A DNA stretch of 47,672 nucleotides from a virus. Its lineage: Duplodnaviria; Caudoviricetes. The stretch is from IMG/VR virus record IMGVR_UViG_3300035670_005978, positions 1 through 47,672 of that record, one strand, 5' to 3'. This document shows positions 9,818-18,888 of this stretch, in pieces. The position numbers and the translations under genes are program-made. The notes under the pieces are model-generated. The model had not been told where the DNA came from. It saw nothing but the letters and a program-made list of their open reading frames with translations, and made no database searches. Within the stretch, counting starts at the first letter, position 1; each line of letters opens with the position of its first letter.

Positions 9818-10875
9818 AAATTTTAGTATCAATAATTTCATACAAAGAGGGAGATCTTTTGGGGACAGTTTTAGACTGTTATAAAAAAGCAAGCAACAAA
9901 GAAGGCCTTCTATTCTCTATTGTTGAAGAGCACTACCCAGAATTTTATTCAGATTTAAGTTTTGTTCCAGAAAATCAAATGCTGTATCGAAGATTTGATT
10001 TATCAAAGTACAGGGGGATTCTTTGGGCTAGAGACTTAACAACAAGAAATTTACCATCTCATTATGAATATGACTATGTTTTATTTATTTGTGGACATAC
10101 AAGGTTTGAAGAAGATTGGGACATTGTATGTTTGTCTGAGTACGAAAAGGCAAAAAATAAATCGATAACAAACAAAGCAGTTTTAACATTGTGTCCACCA
10201 GACTTTGAATATAACGAAGATTGGTCAGTTAAATATAAGAACAAAGTAAAAACAAATTTGTATCACCCATCAATAACTGGATGGGATCCAAGAACTCAGT
10301 CAAAGTCTGACTTTATTCCAGGATATTGGTTTCCTATTGGGCATGTTCCGCCAGAAGATGATGATGTTCATGAAAATTATTGGGTTCACTTTACATGGTG
10401 CTTTGCAGATAAATCTTATGTAGAAGAAGTTCCATTAGATCCAGAAATGAACTTTAATGGGGAAGAGCCATATGTTTCTTTGCAGTCTTGGGGTAGAGGC
10501 TGGAGAATGTTTGCTACATCAAAAATTTTTGCATATCACCATTTATCTAGACAGTATCCAGGAGAAAAATTAAGCAGATATAATACTGCAAGACCATGGG
10601 CAGATGATAAAAAAAATGATCACTGGGAGCACTCAAAAAGGGCTATGCTAAAATTAAACATGTTGTTTTCAGGAAAACTAGAGGGAAAATATGGCGGAAT
10701 ACTACTAGAAACTGTCCAAGAGTACTGTAGAAAAAGTGGCATAGATCTTAAATGGACAGAATATAATCCAGATTATGACAAAATTGATGGATATCAACAC
10801 ATGTCTGGAATTAAAAATAATGCTCCAGTTACTAGAGAAGACCTAGACTGGAAGATACCAGGAGTTGACAGATAA
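9814..10875 (+). CDS. glycosyltransferase, Skp1-type GlcNAc-transferase-like
   Basis: ILVSIISYKE, GILWAR, HTRFEEDWD, EVPLDPEMNFNGEE. Confidence 0.7.
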   Translation: MKILVSIISYKEGDLLGTVLDCYKKASNKEGLLFSIVEEHYPEFYSDLSFVPENQMLYRRFDLSKYRGILWARDLTTRNLPSHYEYDYVLFICGHTRFEEDWDIVCLSEYEKAKNKSITNKAVLTLCPPDFEYNEDWSVKYKNKVKTNLYHPSITGWDPRTQSKSDFIPGYWFPIGHVPPEDDDVHENYWVHFTWCFADKSYVEEVPLDPEMNFNGEEPYVSLQSWGRGWRMFATSKIFAYHHLSRQYPGEKLSRYNTARPWADDKKNDHWEHSKRAMLKLNMLFSGKLEGKYGGILLETVQEYCRKSGIDLKWTEYNPDYDKIDGYQHMSGIKNNAPVTREDLDWKIPGVDR

Positions 10876-10879
10876 CGCT

Positions 10880-11035
10880 ATGGCTGCTAAACTATATACA
10901 AGCGAGGTTTTTATGCGTAAGCGCTATGTTATGGATAAAAAATCTCCAGAAGAGATTGCAAAGGAGTGTGGAGTAAGCGTGGAAACTATCTATGTATATC
11001 TTGCTAAATTTGGATTAAGGAAGTCTAAAAGATGA
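10880..11035 (+). CDS. small helix-turn-helix DNA-binding protein (alternative start 10913)
   Basis: SPEEIAKECGVSVETIYVYL HTH; TTGACA-N17-TAAACT at 10865-10893 would favour the later ATG. Confidence 0.7.
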   Translation: MAAKLYTSEVFMRKRYVMDKKSPEEIAKECGVSVETIYVYLAKFGLRKSKR

Positions 11036-11172
11036 AAAAAATATTATTGCCTATAATTATGTTAATTGGTACCCTGTCTTCTTTGGCAGCAATATCTTTA
11101 ATTCGCCTGTCTAAAAATATGGAAGACTGGGAGCAATCATGGGATGAGGATGGAGAAGATAATGAGTTCTGA
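11032..11172 (+). CDS. small membrane protein (46 aa)
   Basis: ATGA overlap; hydrophobic N-terminus, acidic tail. Confidence 0.55.
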   Translation: MKKILLPIIMLIGTLSSLAAISLIRLSKNMEDWEQSWDEDGEDNEF

Positions 11173-11434
11173 AACACAGTTTACAATTGGTCAAGTTTGT
11201 GATGAAATAAAGCATATGCTTATTGAAAAAAATAAATCATATGGTGATTCTGCCCTTAACCCTGTTAGAATTTTTTCTACTTCTGATAGCGTAGAACAAC
11301 TACATGTTCGTATTGATGACAAGTTATCCAGAATAACTAGAGGTGGATCCTATATTGGTGACAATGATATTGACGATTTGATCGGATATCTCATACTTTT
11401 AAAAATTGCAAGGGACCTAAATAATGTCAACTGA
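11162..11434 (+). CDS. DUF1599 / nucleotide-modification-associated domain protein
   Basis: KNKSYG...RIDDKLSR...DDLIGY. Confidence 0.7.
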   Translation: MSSETQFTIGQVCDEIKHMLIEKNKSYGDSALNPVRIFSTSDSVEQLHVRIDDKLSRITRGGSYIGDNDIDDLIGYLILLKIARDLNNVN

Positions 11435-11957
11435 AGATGATTTAGTTAAACATTTAGATCAGGTAAACCAAGTAGTAGAAGAGTACTTGAAGGGTAATGA
11501 CCCTACAGTAATTTCAAAAGAATTAGATATTCCAAGAACCAAAGTGGTTGCACTTATTAACGAGTGGAAAGTTATGGCATCTGCTAATGATGCCATTCGT
11601 GCTCGTGCAAAAGAGGCTCTGGCTGCTGCTGACACACACTACAGCAAACTTGTGTCTAGGACATATGAGGTTATTGATGAAGCATCGATGACAAACAATC
11701 TTAGTGCAAAAACTGCAGCAATTAAATTAGTTATGGATATTGAATCTAAAAGAATTGACATGTTGCAAAAGGCAGGGCTATTGGAAAACAAAGAACTTGC
11801 AGAAGAAATGATTCAGATAGAAAGAAGACAAGAAATCCTTATGGGGATTCTTAAAGATATTGCTTCTGAGTATCCACAAGTTCGTGACGAGATTATGCGT
11901 AGGCTTTCTGACATTGCCAAAAAGGATGAAGTGATTACAATTGTCCATGATGTTTGA
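11424..11957 (+). CDS. putative terminase small subunit
   Basis: N-terminal HTH-like ISKELDIPR, helical body, directly upstream of the large subunit. Confidence 0.55.
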   Translation: MSTEDDLVKHLDQVNQVVEEYLKGNDPTVISKELDIPRTKVVALINEWKVMASANDAIRARAKEALAAADTHYSKLVSRTYEVIDEASMTNNLSAKTAAIKLVMDIESKRIDMLQKAGLLENKELAEEMIQIERRQEILMGILKDIASEYPQVRDEIMRRLSDIAKKDEVITIVHDV

Positions 11958-13725
11958 TGATTTTCTTGAGGCATTAAAGGATAACCATTTTGAAGAAACT
12001 CCAGTAGATGCCAAAACATTTGTTGAGTCTCCTGATTACTTAGGGCAGCCAGGATTATCTGATATTCAATATGACATTGTTGAAGCAATGAGTCAGATAT
12101 ACAGAAAAGAAGATCTTCAAAATATTATGGGTGAAGAAGCAGGTGCTAGATACTTTGAAAAATATACTAAGAATGAAATTATCCTCCAACTTGGGAAGGG
12201 TAGTGGAAAAGATTTTACTTCTACTGTTGCTTGCGCTTACATTGTGTATAAGTTATTATGCCTTAAGGACCCAGCCAGATATTTCGGCAAACCATCTGGG
12301 GATGCCATAGACCTAATCAATGTTGCTATTAACGCACAGCAAGCGAAGAATGTTTTCTTTAAAGGTTTTAAAACAAAGATTGAGAAGTCACCGTGGTTTG
12401 CTGGAAAGTATGAAGCAAAGGTGGATTCGATTGGATTTAATAAATCAATTACCGTTTACTCTGGCCACTCAGAGCGTGAGTCTCATGAGGGCCTAAATCT
12501 TTTATTAGCAGTTCTTGATGAGATTTCTGGTTTCGCATCTGAAGTTGGAACAGGAAACGAGCAGGGAAAGACTGCTGATAACATTTATAAGGCGTTTCGT
12601 GGATCAGTAGACTCTCGTTTCCCTGATCTTGGCAAGGTTGTTCTTCTTTCATTCCCACGATATCCAGGAGATTTTATTTCAGAAAGATATGAATCTGTTG
12701 TTGCAGAAAAAGAAGTTGTAGAAAGAACTCACGAATTTATAATTAACCCATTGCTTCCAGATACAGATGCAGACAACAAGTTTGAAATTACATGGGACGA
12801 AGATACCATAATTTCATATAAGTACCCTGGAGTGTTTGCTCTTAAAAGACCAACATGGGAAGTAAATCCTACAAGAAAGATTGATGATTTTAAGATTGCA
12901 TTTATGACTGACCTTGGAGATGCAATGATGCGCTTTGCATGTGTTCCAACTTTTGCATCTGATGCATTTTTTAAACAGGCAGACAAGGTAAGGGCATGCA
13001 TGACGCTAAGAAATCCAATAGATACTTTTAAAAGGTTTGATGAGTCTTTTAGGCCAGATCCAAACAAAAAATATTATGTACATGCTGACCTTGCACAAAA
13101 ACACGATAAGTGTGCTGTAGCAATTGCACATGTTGAAAAGTGGGTAAATATTCAGGTAATCAATAATTATGAGCAAGTTGCCCCAGTTGTAGTTGTAGAT
13201 GCTGTGGCTTGGTGGGAGCCAAAAGTTGAGGGCCCAGTAAATTTGTCTGAAGTAAAACAGTGGATTCAAAACCTTAGAAGAATAGGGTTTGATATAGGTA
13301 TGGTTTCATTTGACCGTTGGCAATCATTTGATATTCAGAACGAATTAAAGCAGGTTGGAATGAAGACTGATACTGTCTCTGTTGCTAAAAAACATTATGA
13401 GGACATGGCAATGCTTGTTTATGAAGAAAGATTGGCAATGCCTGCAATAGATCTTTTGTTTGAAGAGTTGACCCAATTAAAAATAATGAAAAATGATAGA
13501 GTTGATCATCCTAGGAAAAAATCAAAAGACTTGGCTGATGCTGTGTGTGGTGCTATTTTTGGGGCAATATCATATACTCCAAAAAATATAGACTCTGAAG
13601 TAGAGGTTCACACTTTTAGTGATAGGCCAAAGCAGGTTGACAAACTTCCTGAGAACGTGATACAATATAAACCTAGTCAAATAGAGGATATAAAAGACTA
13701 TTTGGATAGACTAAAAACAATATAA
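11947..13725 (+). CDS. terL: terminase large subunit
   Basis: Walker A LGKGSGKD, Walker B VLDE, nuclease motifs HADLA, SFDRWQS, KDLADA. Confidence 0.9.
   Translation: MMFDDFLEALKDNHFEETPVDAKTFVESPDYLGQPGLSDIQYDIVEAMSQIYRKEDLQNIMGEEAGARYFEKYTKNEIILQLGKGSGKDFTSTVACAYIVYKLLCLKDPARYFGKPSGDAIDLINVAINAQQAKNVFFKGFKTKIEKSPWFAGKYEAKVDSIGFNKSITVYSGHSERESHEGLNLLLAVLDEISGFASEVGTGNEQGKTADNIYKAFRGSVDSRFPDLGKVVLLSFPRYPGDFISERYESVVAEKEVVERTHEFIINPLLPDTDADNKFEITWDEDTIISYKYPGVFALKRPTWEVNPTRKIDDFKIAFMTDLGDAMMRFACVPTFASDAFFKQADKVRACMTLRNPIDTFKRFDESFRPDPNKKYYVHADLAQKHDKCAVAIAHVEKWVNIQVINNYEQVAPVVVVDAVAWWEPKVEGPVNLSEVKQWIQNLRRIGFDIGMVSFDRWQSFDIQNELKQVGMKTDTVSVAKKHYEDMAMLVYEERLAMPAIDLLFEELTQLKIMKNDRVDHPRKKSKDLADAVCGAIFGAISYTPKNIDSEVEVHTFSDRPKQVDKLPENVIQYKPSQIEDIKDYLDRLKTI
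13637..13666 (+). promoter_or_regulatory. promoter inside terL driving the surface-protein gene
   Basis: TTGACA-N18-TACAAT with TG extension. Confidence 0.55.
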
Positions 13726-13750
13726 ACATAATGAATATAAAAGGAGAAAA

Positions 13751-14899
13751 ATGAATTCATTTAAGAAGATCGCTCTTGTCATGGTTGCAGCCATGGGCTT
13801 GGGCACACTAGTAGTGACACCTGCAAGTGCCAATACCGTTTCTGTAGACGTAACAACAGAAATTTCTGGCGCAGGTACTGCAGCCTCACCATTTACAGTT
13901 AAGGTTCCATCTGATAACGTAGTAAGCGTTGCAGATACTACAACCGTAACAAACAACGAAGCACTTATCATCACCGCTACTGTAGTTGCTGGAACACCAG
14001 TAACTTTTACAGCAGTAGGTGCAAATACACGCCTCGTCTCTGCAATTGGTTCAACAGTTAATGCATCTGCTGGATCCTCATCAATCACAGTCACACCTGC
14101 TTCAACAACAGCGACTGTTTATGCATATACAACTACAACTGCTGCAACTGCCGTTACAGTTTCTGTAACTGGTGCAGCAACAACAATTTATCTTAAGGGT
14201 GTTGCAGGTCCTGCATATGATCTTAAGATGTCAATTCCTAGTTCAGGAAATATTTCTGGTAAGGTAACTGCAACTCTTGATGTTGCTGATATCTTTGGAA
14301 ACGCTGTTGCTGATACAGTAACGGTAACCACTCTTGGTGGTGCAACCGCTGGAACAGTAACTGCTGATGCCCTTGTAACTGGTCGTTACACATCAGAGAT
14401 TTCTCTTCCTGCTGCTGCTGGAACAGTTGCTGTCGGTGCATCTATTACCGCACCTACATCAGTTCCAACAATCAAGTTGGCCACAACCTCTCAGACTGCA
14501 ATCGTAACAGTTTCAGATCTTGCTGGAGCACTAACAACTGCCAATGCTGCACTTGCTGCAGAAAAGGCTGCTCGTGCTGCTGATGCTGCAACTGCTGCTG
14601 CTGCTCTTGCTGCTGCTGTAAAGGCAGAACAAGACAAGGCTGCTGCTGCTGCAATTACTGCTGCTGCAGAATTGGTAAAGGCAAATGCAGAAATTGCTAA
14701 ACTTAAGGCTGATGCAGTAACCGCTAAGGCTGCTGCCGATAAGGCTCTTGCTGATGCAACTGCTGCACATGCTGCAGAACTTGCTAAGGTAAAGGCGGAC
14801 AATGATGCCGCTATTGCTGCCATGAAGAAGGCGTTCAATTCCCTCGCAAAGAAGTGGAATGCAAAGAATCCAAAGGCTAAGGTCAAGTACCTTAAGTAA
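13751..14899 (+). CDS. secreted/surface protein: Thr/Ala/Val-rich beta domain, Ala-rich coiled coil, basic tail
   Basis: Signal peptide MNSFKKIALV...PASA; strongly biased codons; AAGGAG RBS; own terminator. Confidence 0.75.
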   Translation: MNSFKKIALVMVAAMGLGTLVVTPASANTVSVDVTTEISGAGTAASPFTVKVPSDNVVSVADTTTVTNNEALIITATVVAGTPVTFTAVGANTRLVSAIGSTVNASAGSSSITVTPASTTATVYAYTTTTAATAVTVSVTGAATTIYLKGVAGPAYDLKMSIPSSGNISGKVTATLDVADIFGNAVADTVTVTTLGGATAGTVTADALVTGRYTSEISLPAAAGTVAVGASITAPTSVPTIKLATTSQTAIVTVSDLAGALTTANAALAAEKAARAADAATAAAALAAAVKAEQDKAAAAAITAAAELVKANAEIAKLKADAVTAKAAADKALADATAAHAAELAKVKADNDAAIAAMKKAFNSLAKKWNAKNPKAKVKYLK

Positions 14900-14913
14900 T
14901 TAACTTAAACATT

Positions 14914-14945
14914 AAGGGCGTAGATTAATTTCTACGCCTTTTTTG
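14914..14945 (+). terminator. Rho-independent terminator
   Basis: AAGGGCGTAGA-ttaatt-TCTACGCCTT followed by a T run. Confidence 0.85.
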
Positions 14946-15002
14946 TTGTAATTTAGTGTTATAATAACCTTATTAGACATTGTCTAATTCGGAGGTTAGG
15001 AG

Positions 15003-16628
15003 ATTAAAAAATTAATAAGAATATTGTCTGCAGCATTATTGGCATTTGGATTCAACCTATGGCTTCCAGAAAATGCTAATGCAACATGCGTTAACTTTAT
15101 ACAATCACAAACCATAGCAGCAGCATACGAAGGTGATGCAGAGCCAACAGTTCATCATATGGACACCTGCTCTGGAGACGATATATCTTATCAAATACCT
15201 ATTGCAACTACCGTTACTTTTGACGGGGTACAGTATGAAAACATTTATGCAACAACAAATTCAGTAATCACATTTGGCCAACCTGATGGTACATATTGGG
15301 ATTATCCAACCACACCATCTATATCCCTATACTCTATGGACTGGTTCCCCGCATACGGAGGACAAACAGAAGGACTTGATATTTATTATTCTGAAGGTGG
15401 TTTTCAATTAAATCTTAATATGGTTCCATTTGGCAATTGGAATGCAGAACCAAGTACAGTAAATATATTAGTTGCTATTACAAATACAGGCGGTATAGCA
15501 GTATCGTATAGTTATCAGGGTCCAGAATATTCCCAACTTAGAACAGGTGTTCGCCTTCATGACGGATCTGTAGTCTCACTTGAGGCTTGGGGAGCAACTC
15601 AAATACAGGCTGGAGAAGAAGTGCCTACCTTGGCTGCAGAGCCTATTCCAGAGCCTGACCCAAGTCCTACCCCTATCCCTGAGCCAACGCCTTCCCAAAC
15701 TCCTATAACGCCAGAAGAACAGCAAGAACAGATAGTAGAAGCAGCACAATTGGCTGATCAAATATCAGATTTAAATAATCTTATTGCTGCTATAAATGGA
15801 GAAGAGCCAGTAGAGGAAGTTGAGCCAGAACCAGAACCTTCACCAGAACCAAGTCCTGATGTTACAGAAGAGCCTGATTTGCCTGAACCTGATGTTGAGG
15901 TAGAACCAGAAATTATTACCCCAGAGGATCCAAGATTCTCTGATGATGAAGAGCAAACTGAACCAGAAGATCCCAATCCTTCTCCAAGCCCTGATACCAC
16001 AGATGGGGAGAACGAAGAGACTGATCCAACTCCAGAACCTTCAGAAGAGCCTTCACCTCAGCCAGAGGATACAGATCCAAGCCCAGAGCCTGAACCTGAG
16101 CAATCTGTTGACGAAGATCCTGTAGTAACACCAGATAAGGATAACACAGACAGCGATCCTATTTCTGACGAGGAACTTAAAAAGTTAAACAAACTAATTA
16201 GTGTTAATGATGCCAAATTAATGTCAGCAGTATCAACATTTTTAACTGAACTAAATCCAGAACAATCAGAAGAATTGGCAAAAGATTTAGGTATTAAAAC
16301 AGAAGAAGTGGCATTGATAGCAGAATTAGCAAAGGAAAACCCTGCAGTTGCAGCAGCAGTTGTTGAGTTTGCTGAAAAGGCAGCAGAAAATGAAGATGCC
16401 CCAATGCCATATACATTGGCAGATGCAGTCACAGAAATACAGGCAGAAACATTCTTGGCTGATCCTTTGGGAGCAATATTAAATATAAATCCAGCAGAAC
16501 TCCTATCTAATTTTTCAGAATTAGGTATGGATATGACAGACGATCAAAGAGAAAAAGCACAAGAAGTAATTATCCCAGTAGTACTTGTTTCTAACATAGT
16601 CGCTTCGGTAATTGGAATGAGGAGGTAA
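15003..16628 (+). CDS. exported protein with nidogen-like N-domain, Pro/Glu-rich stalk and C-terminal membrane anchor; probable ATT start
   Basis: Signal peptide ending ANA; IYATTNSVITFG motif; EPEPSP repeats; hydrophobic C-terminus ending MRR. Confidence 0.75.
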   Translation: MKKLIRILSAALLAFGFNLWLPENANATCVNFIQSQTIAAAYEGDAEPTVHHMDTCSGDDISYQIPIATTVTFDGVQYENIYATTNSVITFGQPDGTYWDYPTTPSISLYSMDWFPAYGGQTEGLDIYYSEGGFQLNLNMVPFGNWNAEPSTVNILVAITNTGGIAVSYSYQGPEYSQLRTGVRLHDGSVVSLEAWGATQIQAGEEVPTLAAEPIPEPDPSPTPIPEPTPSQTPITPEEQQEQIVEAAQLADQISDLNNLIAAINGEEPVEEVEPEPEPSPEPSPDVTEEPDLPEPDVEVEPEIITPEDPRFSDDEEQTEPEDPNPSPSPDTTDGENEETDPTPEPSEEPSPQPEDTDPSPEPEPEQSVDEDPVVTPDKDNTDSDPISDEELKKLNKLISVNDAKLMSAVSTFLTELNPEQSEELAKDLGIKTEEVALIAELAKENPAVAAAVVEFAEKAAENEDAPMPYTLADAVTEIQAETFLADPLGAILNINPAELLSNFSELGMDMTDDQREKAQEVIIPVVLVSNIVASVIGMRR

Positions 16629-16629
16629 T

Positions 16630-16836
16630 ATGAAAATAATTAAAAAGGTCGTAAGGGGATTTTTCACATGGCTAAAAGATGCAGGTGTTGAAATAATTGC
16701 TCAGGCATTTACTCTCCTTGGCTTCTTTATTGCTTGGTTAACTTTAACAGGATCAGCAAGAGATATTGTTGGTCTTGCAGTATTAATCACAACAATAATT
16801 TGGTTAATATCAATACCGCTTAGAAAGGAGGACTAA
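16630..16836 (+). CDS. small two-TM membrane protein
   Basis: GGAGG RBS; two hydrophobic segments. Confidence 0.75.
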   Translation: MKIIKKVVRGFFTWLKDAGVEIIAQAFTLLGFFIAWLTLTGSARDIVGLAVLITTIIWLISIPLRKED

Positions 16837-16838
16837 AG

Positions 16839-17123
16839 ATGGCAACTAAAAAAGCAGTGGTGGCTCCCAAAAAAGAGAACCCACAAAAAGCATTAACAAA
16901 TATATTAATGAGAATAGTGGCAGTATTTGCAGCGTCTGGTCTATCGGTACTTGGTGCTGGAGCAGTCGTTGGAATTGATACCCTGCAGGCAGTAATGCTT
17001 GCTGGACTATTAGGCGTAGCCAGTGTCATTGAGAGACTCGCAAGAGCCTTCCTTGATGATGGCAAACTGACCTTATCAGAAATAAATGATGCGTTCAAAA
17101 CGGTAGATAAAAAGGCTAATTAG
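16839..17123 (+). CDS. holin-like membrane protein
   Basis: Two hydrophobic segments, charged termini, DDGKLT tail, AGGAGG RBS. Confidence 0.55.
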   Translation: MATKKAVVAPKKENPQKALTNILMRIVAVFAASGLSVLGAGAVVGIDTLQAVMLAGLLGVASVIERLARAFLDDGKLTLSEINDAFKTVDKKAN

Positions 17124-17139
17124 TCATTTTTAGGCCTAC

Positions 17140-17192
17140 TTGACGGCCCCTTCAGAAGGTGGTATACTTTAATATACCTATCCTGAAGGGGC
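17140..17192 (+). promoter_or_regulatory. promoter embedded in an inverted repeat
   Basis: TTGACG-N17-TATACT overlapped by GCCCCTTCAG...CTGAAGGGGC. Confidence 0.6.
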
Positions 17193-17198
17193 TTTCTC

Positions 17199-17723
17199 AT
17201 GACCTGTATTGCTGCATTAAAACACGAAGGCAAAGTTTATATGGCTGGAGATCGTGGTGCATCAGATGATAACATTATTCTGGCTCTTGAAGCACCCAAG
17301 GTTTGGAAAATAGGTCCTTATCTTATTGGATATGCTGGTGGATTAGATGGAGAAAGAATTCGTTACAATTTTAAACCAACTGCACCAAATATAAAGGATA
17401 CAGACAAGTTTATGCAAACTAGATTTATCAAAGAACTAAGGGAATTTTATAATGAGTTTTGGGTAGATACTAGCAAAGATGGAGATCTAGGTTTGATTAT
17501 TGGAATTCGTGGTGAAATATATGAGCATAGCGCTGTAGATATGTCTTTATCTAAATATACACTGCCATATATTGCAATGGGGTCTGGATCAGAATATGCG
17601 TATGGGGTTTTATTTGCAACAGATAAACAAAAAAATGCAAGAAATAGGGTTATGCAGGCAGTAAACGCAGCAATAAAATTTAGCCCATCTTGCACAGGCC
17701 CAGTTGACATTGTGACTGCTTAA
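17199..17723 (+). CDS. Ntn-hydrolase, proteasome-beta/HslV-like protease
   Basis: N-terminal Thr (MTCI), AGD, K, GSGS motifs. Confidence 0.8.
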   Translation: MTCIAALKHEGKVYMAGDRGASDDNIILALEAPKVWKIGPYLIGYAGGLDGERIRYNFKPTAPNIKDTDKFMQTRFIKELREFYNEFWVDTSKDGDLGLIIGIRGEIYEHSAVDMSLSKYTLPYIAMGSGSEYAYGVLFATDKQKNARNRVMQAVNAAIKFSPSCTGPVDIVTA

Positions 17724-17738
17724 GGGTATACTTAATAT

Positions 17739-17921
17739 ATGATCGAAGAACAAGATTACGACGAGTTTTCCATATGGTTAAACAATGGAATTGAACGGGG
17801 ATGGATAACAGAACCGTTCTGCAATACGCATGAAGGAGATCCGTACATGACTGATGAAGAGCAGCAGGAATGGGAAGACGGCGGAGATCCATGTCAATTA
17901 GTAGTAAAAATAAAAGAATAA
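17739..17921 (+). CDS. acidic hypothetical protein, leaderless
   Basis: TTGACA-N17-TATACT-N6-ATG; CNTHEG...DPC. Confidence 0.75.
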   Translation: MIEEQDYDEFSIWLNNGIERGWITEPFCNTHEGDPYMTDEEQQEWEDGGDPCQLVVKIKE

Positions 17922-17947
17922 ACAAACAACAAACAAAGGATAAACAA

Positions 17948-18820
17948 ATGAAAAAGACACTAATAGCAATACTATCGGCACTACTTGTAGTTACTGTAAT
18001 TCAGCCTTCACAGGCAGATGATCAAAAGGTTTTGGCAATTATTGATACCGCCATTAACTCTGACAATTTCCCTCAAATTATTCACGAGGTTTGCTTTACA
18101 ACAGTAAAGTCAACAATTGCATCTAGAAATATGTCATGTCCAAACGGCGAATTGTTTATGGAGGGTAAGGGCGCAGCATCTGCCCCATGGCCAAAATCTA
18201 TTAATAATAGAACATATCACGGTGACAGCATGGTTAAGTCTGCACTTACAGTAGATCCTAACATCAAGATTGTATTTATTAGATTTAATGATGTTACAAG
18301 CATTGGAAATTCAAGGGGAGATGTTAGAGCCCTAACAGCAGCAATTGATTGGGTATCAAATAATGCATCTAAATATAGCATTGACGCTTTATCAATTAGC
18401 CAGTCTTCAGTCTCTGCCGACAACCTGTCACGATGCACAAAAGATACAGAAACAATTAATGCTGTATCTTTACTAAATGCAAACAATGTTCCAGTGTTTG
18501 TTGCAACAGGAAATGATCGTAGAAAAGATGTTGTGGGATTCCCTTCATGTGTCGATGGAGTTATTGGAGTCGGAGCATTGGCTACTGAAACTCAACTTGA
18601 GGCAGCAACCAACCAAGGTCCAGGACTTGATATGGTCGCTAGATCTGGAGTAAAAATCACTAAATATAACGGTGCTCCAACAGTTGCGTACGGTTCGTCT
18701 GTTGCTACTGCTGTTGCATCAGCCTCATACGTAAGCACAAATTCATCAAAATCATTTGGAGAGTACTTATCGTCTCTTGCAAAAATTTTGATTGGATCAT
18801 CGTCTTACCTTCGTAGTTAG
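17948..18820 (+). CDS. secreted subtilisin-like (S8) peptidase
   Basis: Signal peptide; IIDT, HG, ATGN, GSSVA catalytic motifs. Confidence 0.8.
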   Translation: MKKTLIAILSALLVVTVIQPSQADDQKVLAIIDTAINSDNFPQIIHEVCFTTVKSTIASRNMSCPNGELFMEGKGAASAPWPKSINNRTYHGDSMVKSALTVDPNIKIVFIRFNDVTSIGNSRGDVRALTAAIDWVSNNASKYSIDALSISQSSVSADNLSRCTKDTETINAVSLLNANNVPVFVATGNDRRKDVVGFPSCVDGVIGVGALATETQLEAATNQGPGLDMVARSGVKITKYNGAPTVAYGSSVATAVASASYVSTNSSKSFGEYLSSLAKILIGSSSYLRS

Positions 18821-18825
18821 TTATA

Positions 18826-18852
18826 GGTCCTGGGCATGACTAAAAACTGCCC
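18826..18852 (+). ncRNA. H-type pseudoknot motif, copy 1
   Basis: GGUC-CUGGGCAU-GACU-AAAAAC-UGCCC, 5 nt after the peptidase stop. Confidence 0.75.
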
Positions 18853-18888
18853 CTTAAAACATGGCTAAAAATGTGTTATAATATAGAC

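Noticed and set aside
3108-13725. Inteins or introns in dnaE, recA or terL
   Set aside because: Lengths are ordinary and I saw no splice-junction or homing-endonuclease motifs
14520-14830. GCT-rich repeats and long antisense ORFs
   Set aside because: Explained by Ala codons of the + strand gene; the antisense ORFs are shadows
15640-16140. Quasi-periodic CCAGA/GAACC repeats as an array
   Set aside because: They are codons of a Pro/Glu-rich protein stalk with no constant repeat or spacer length
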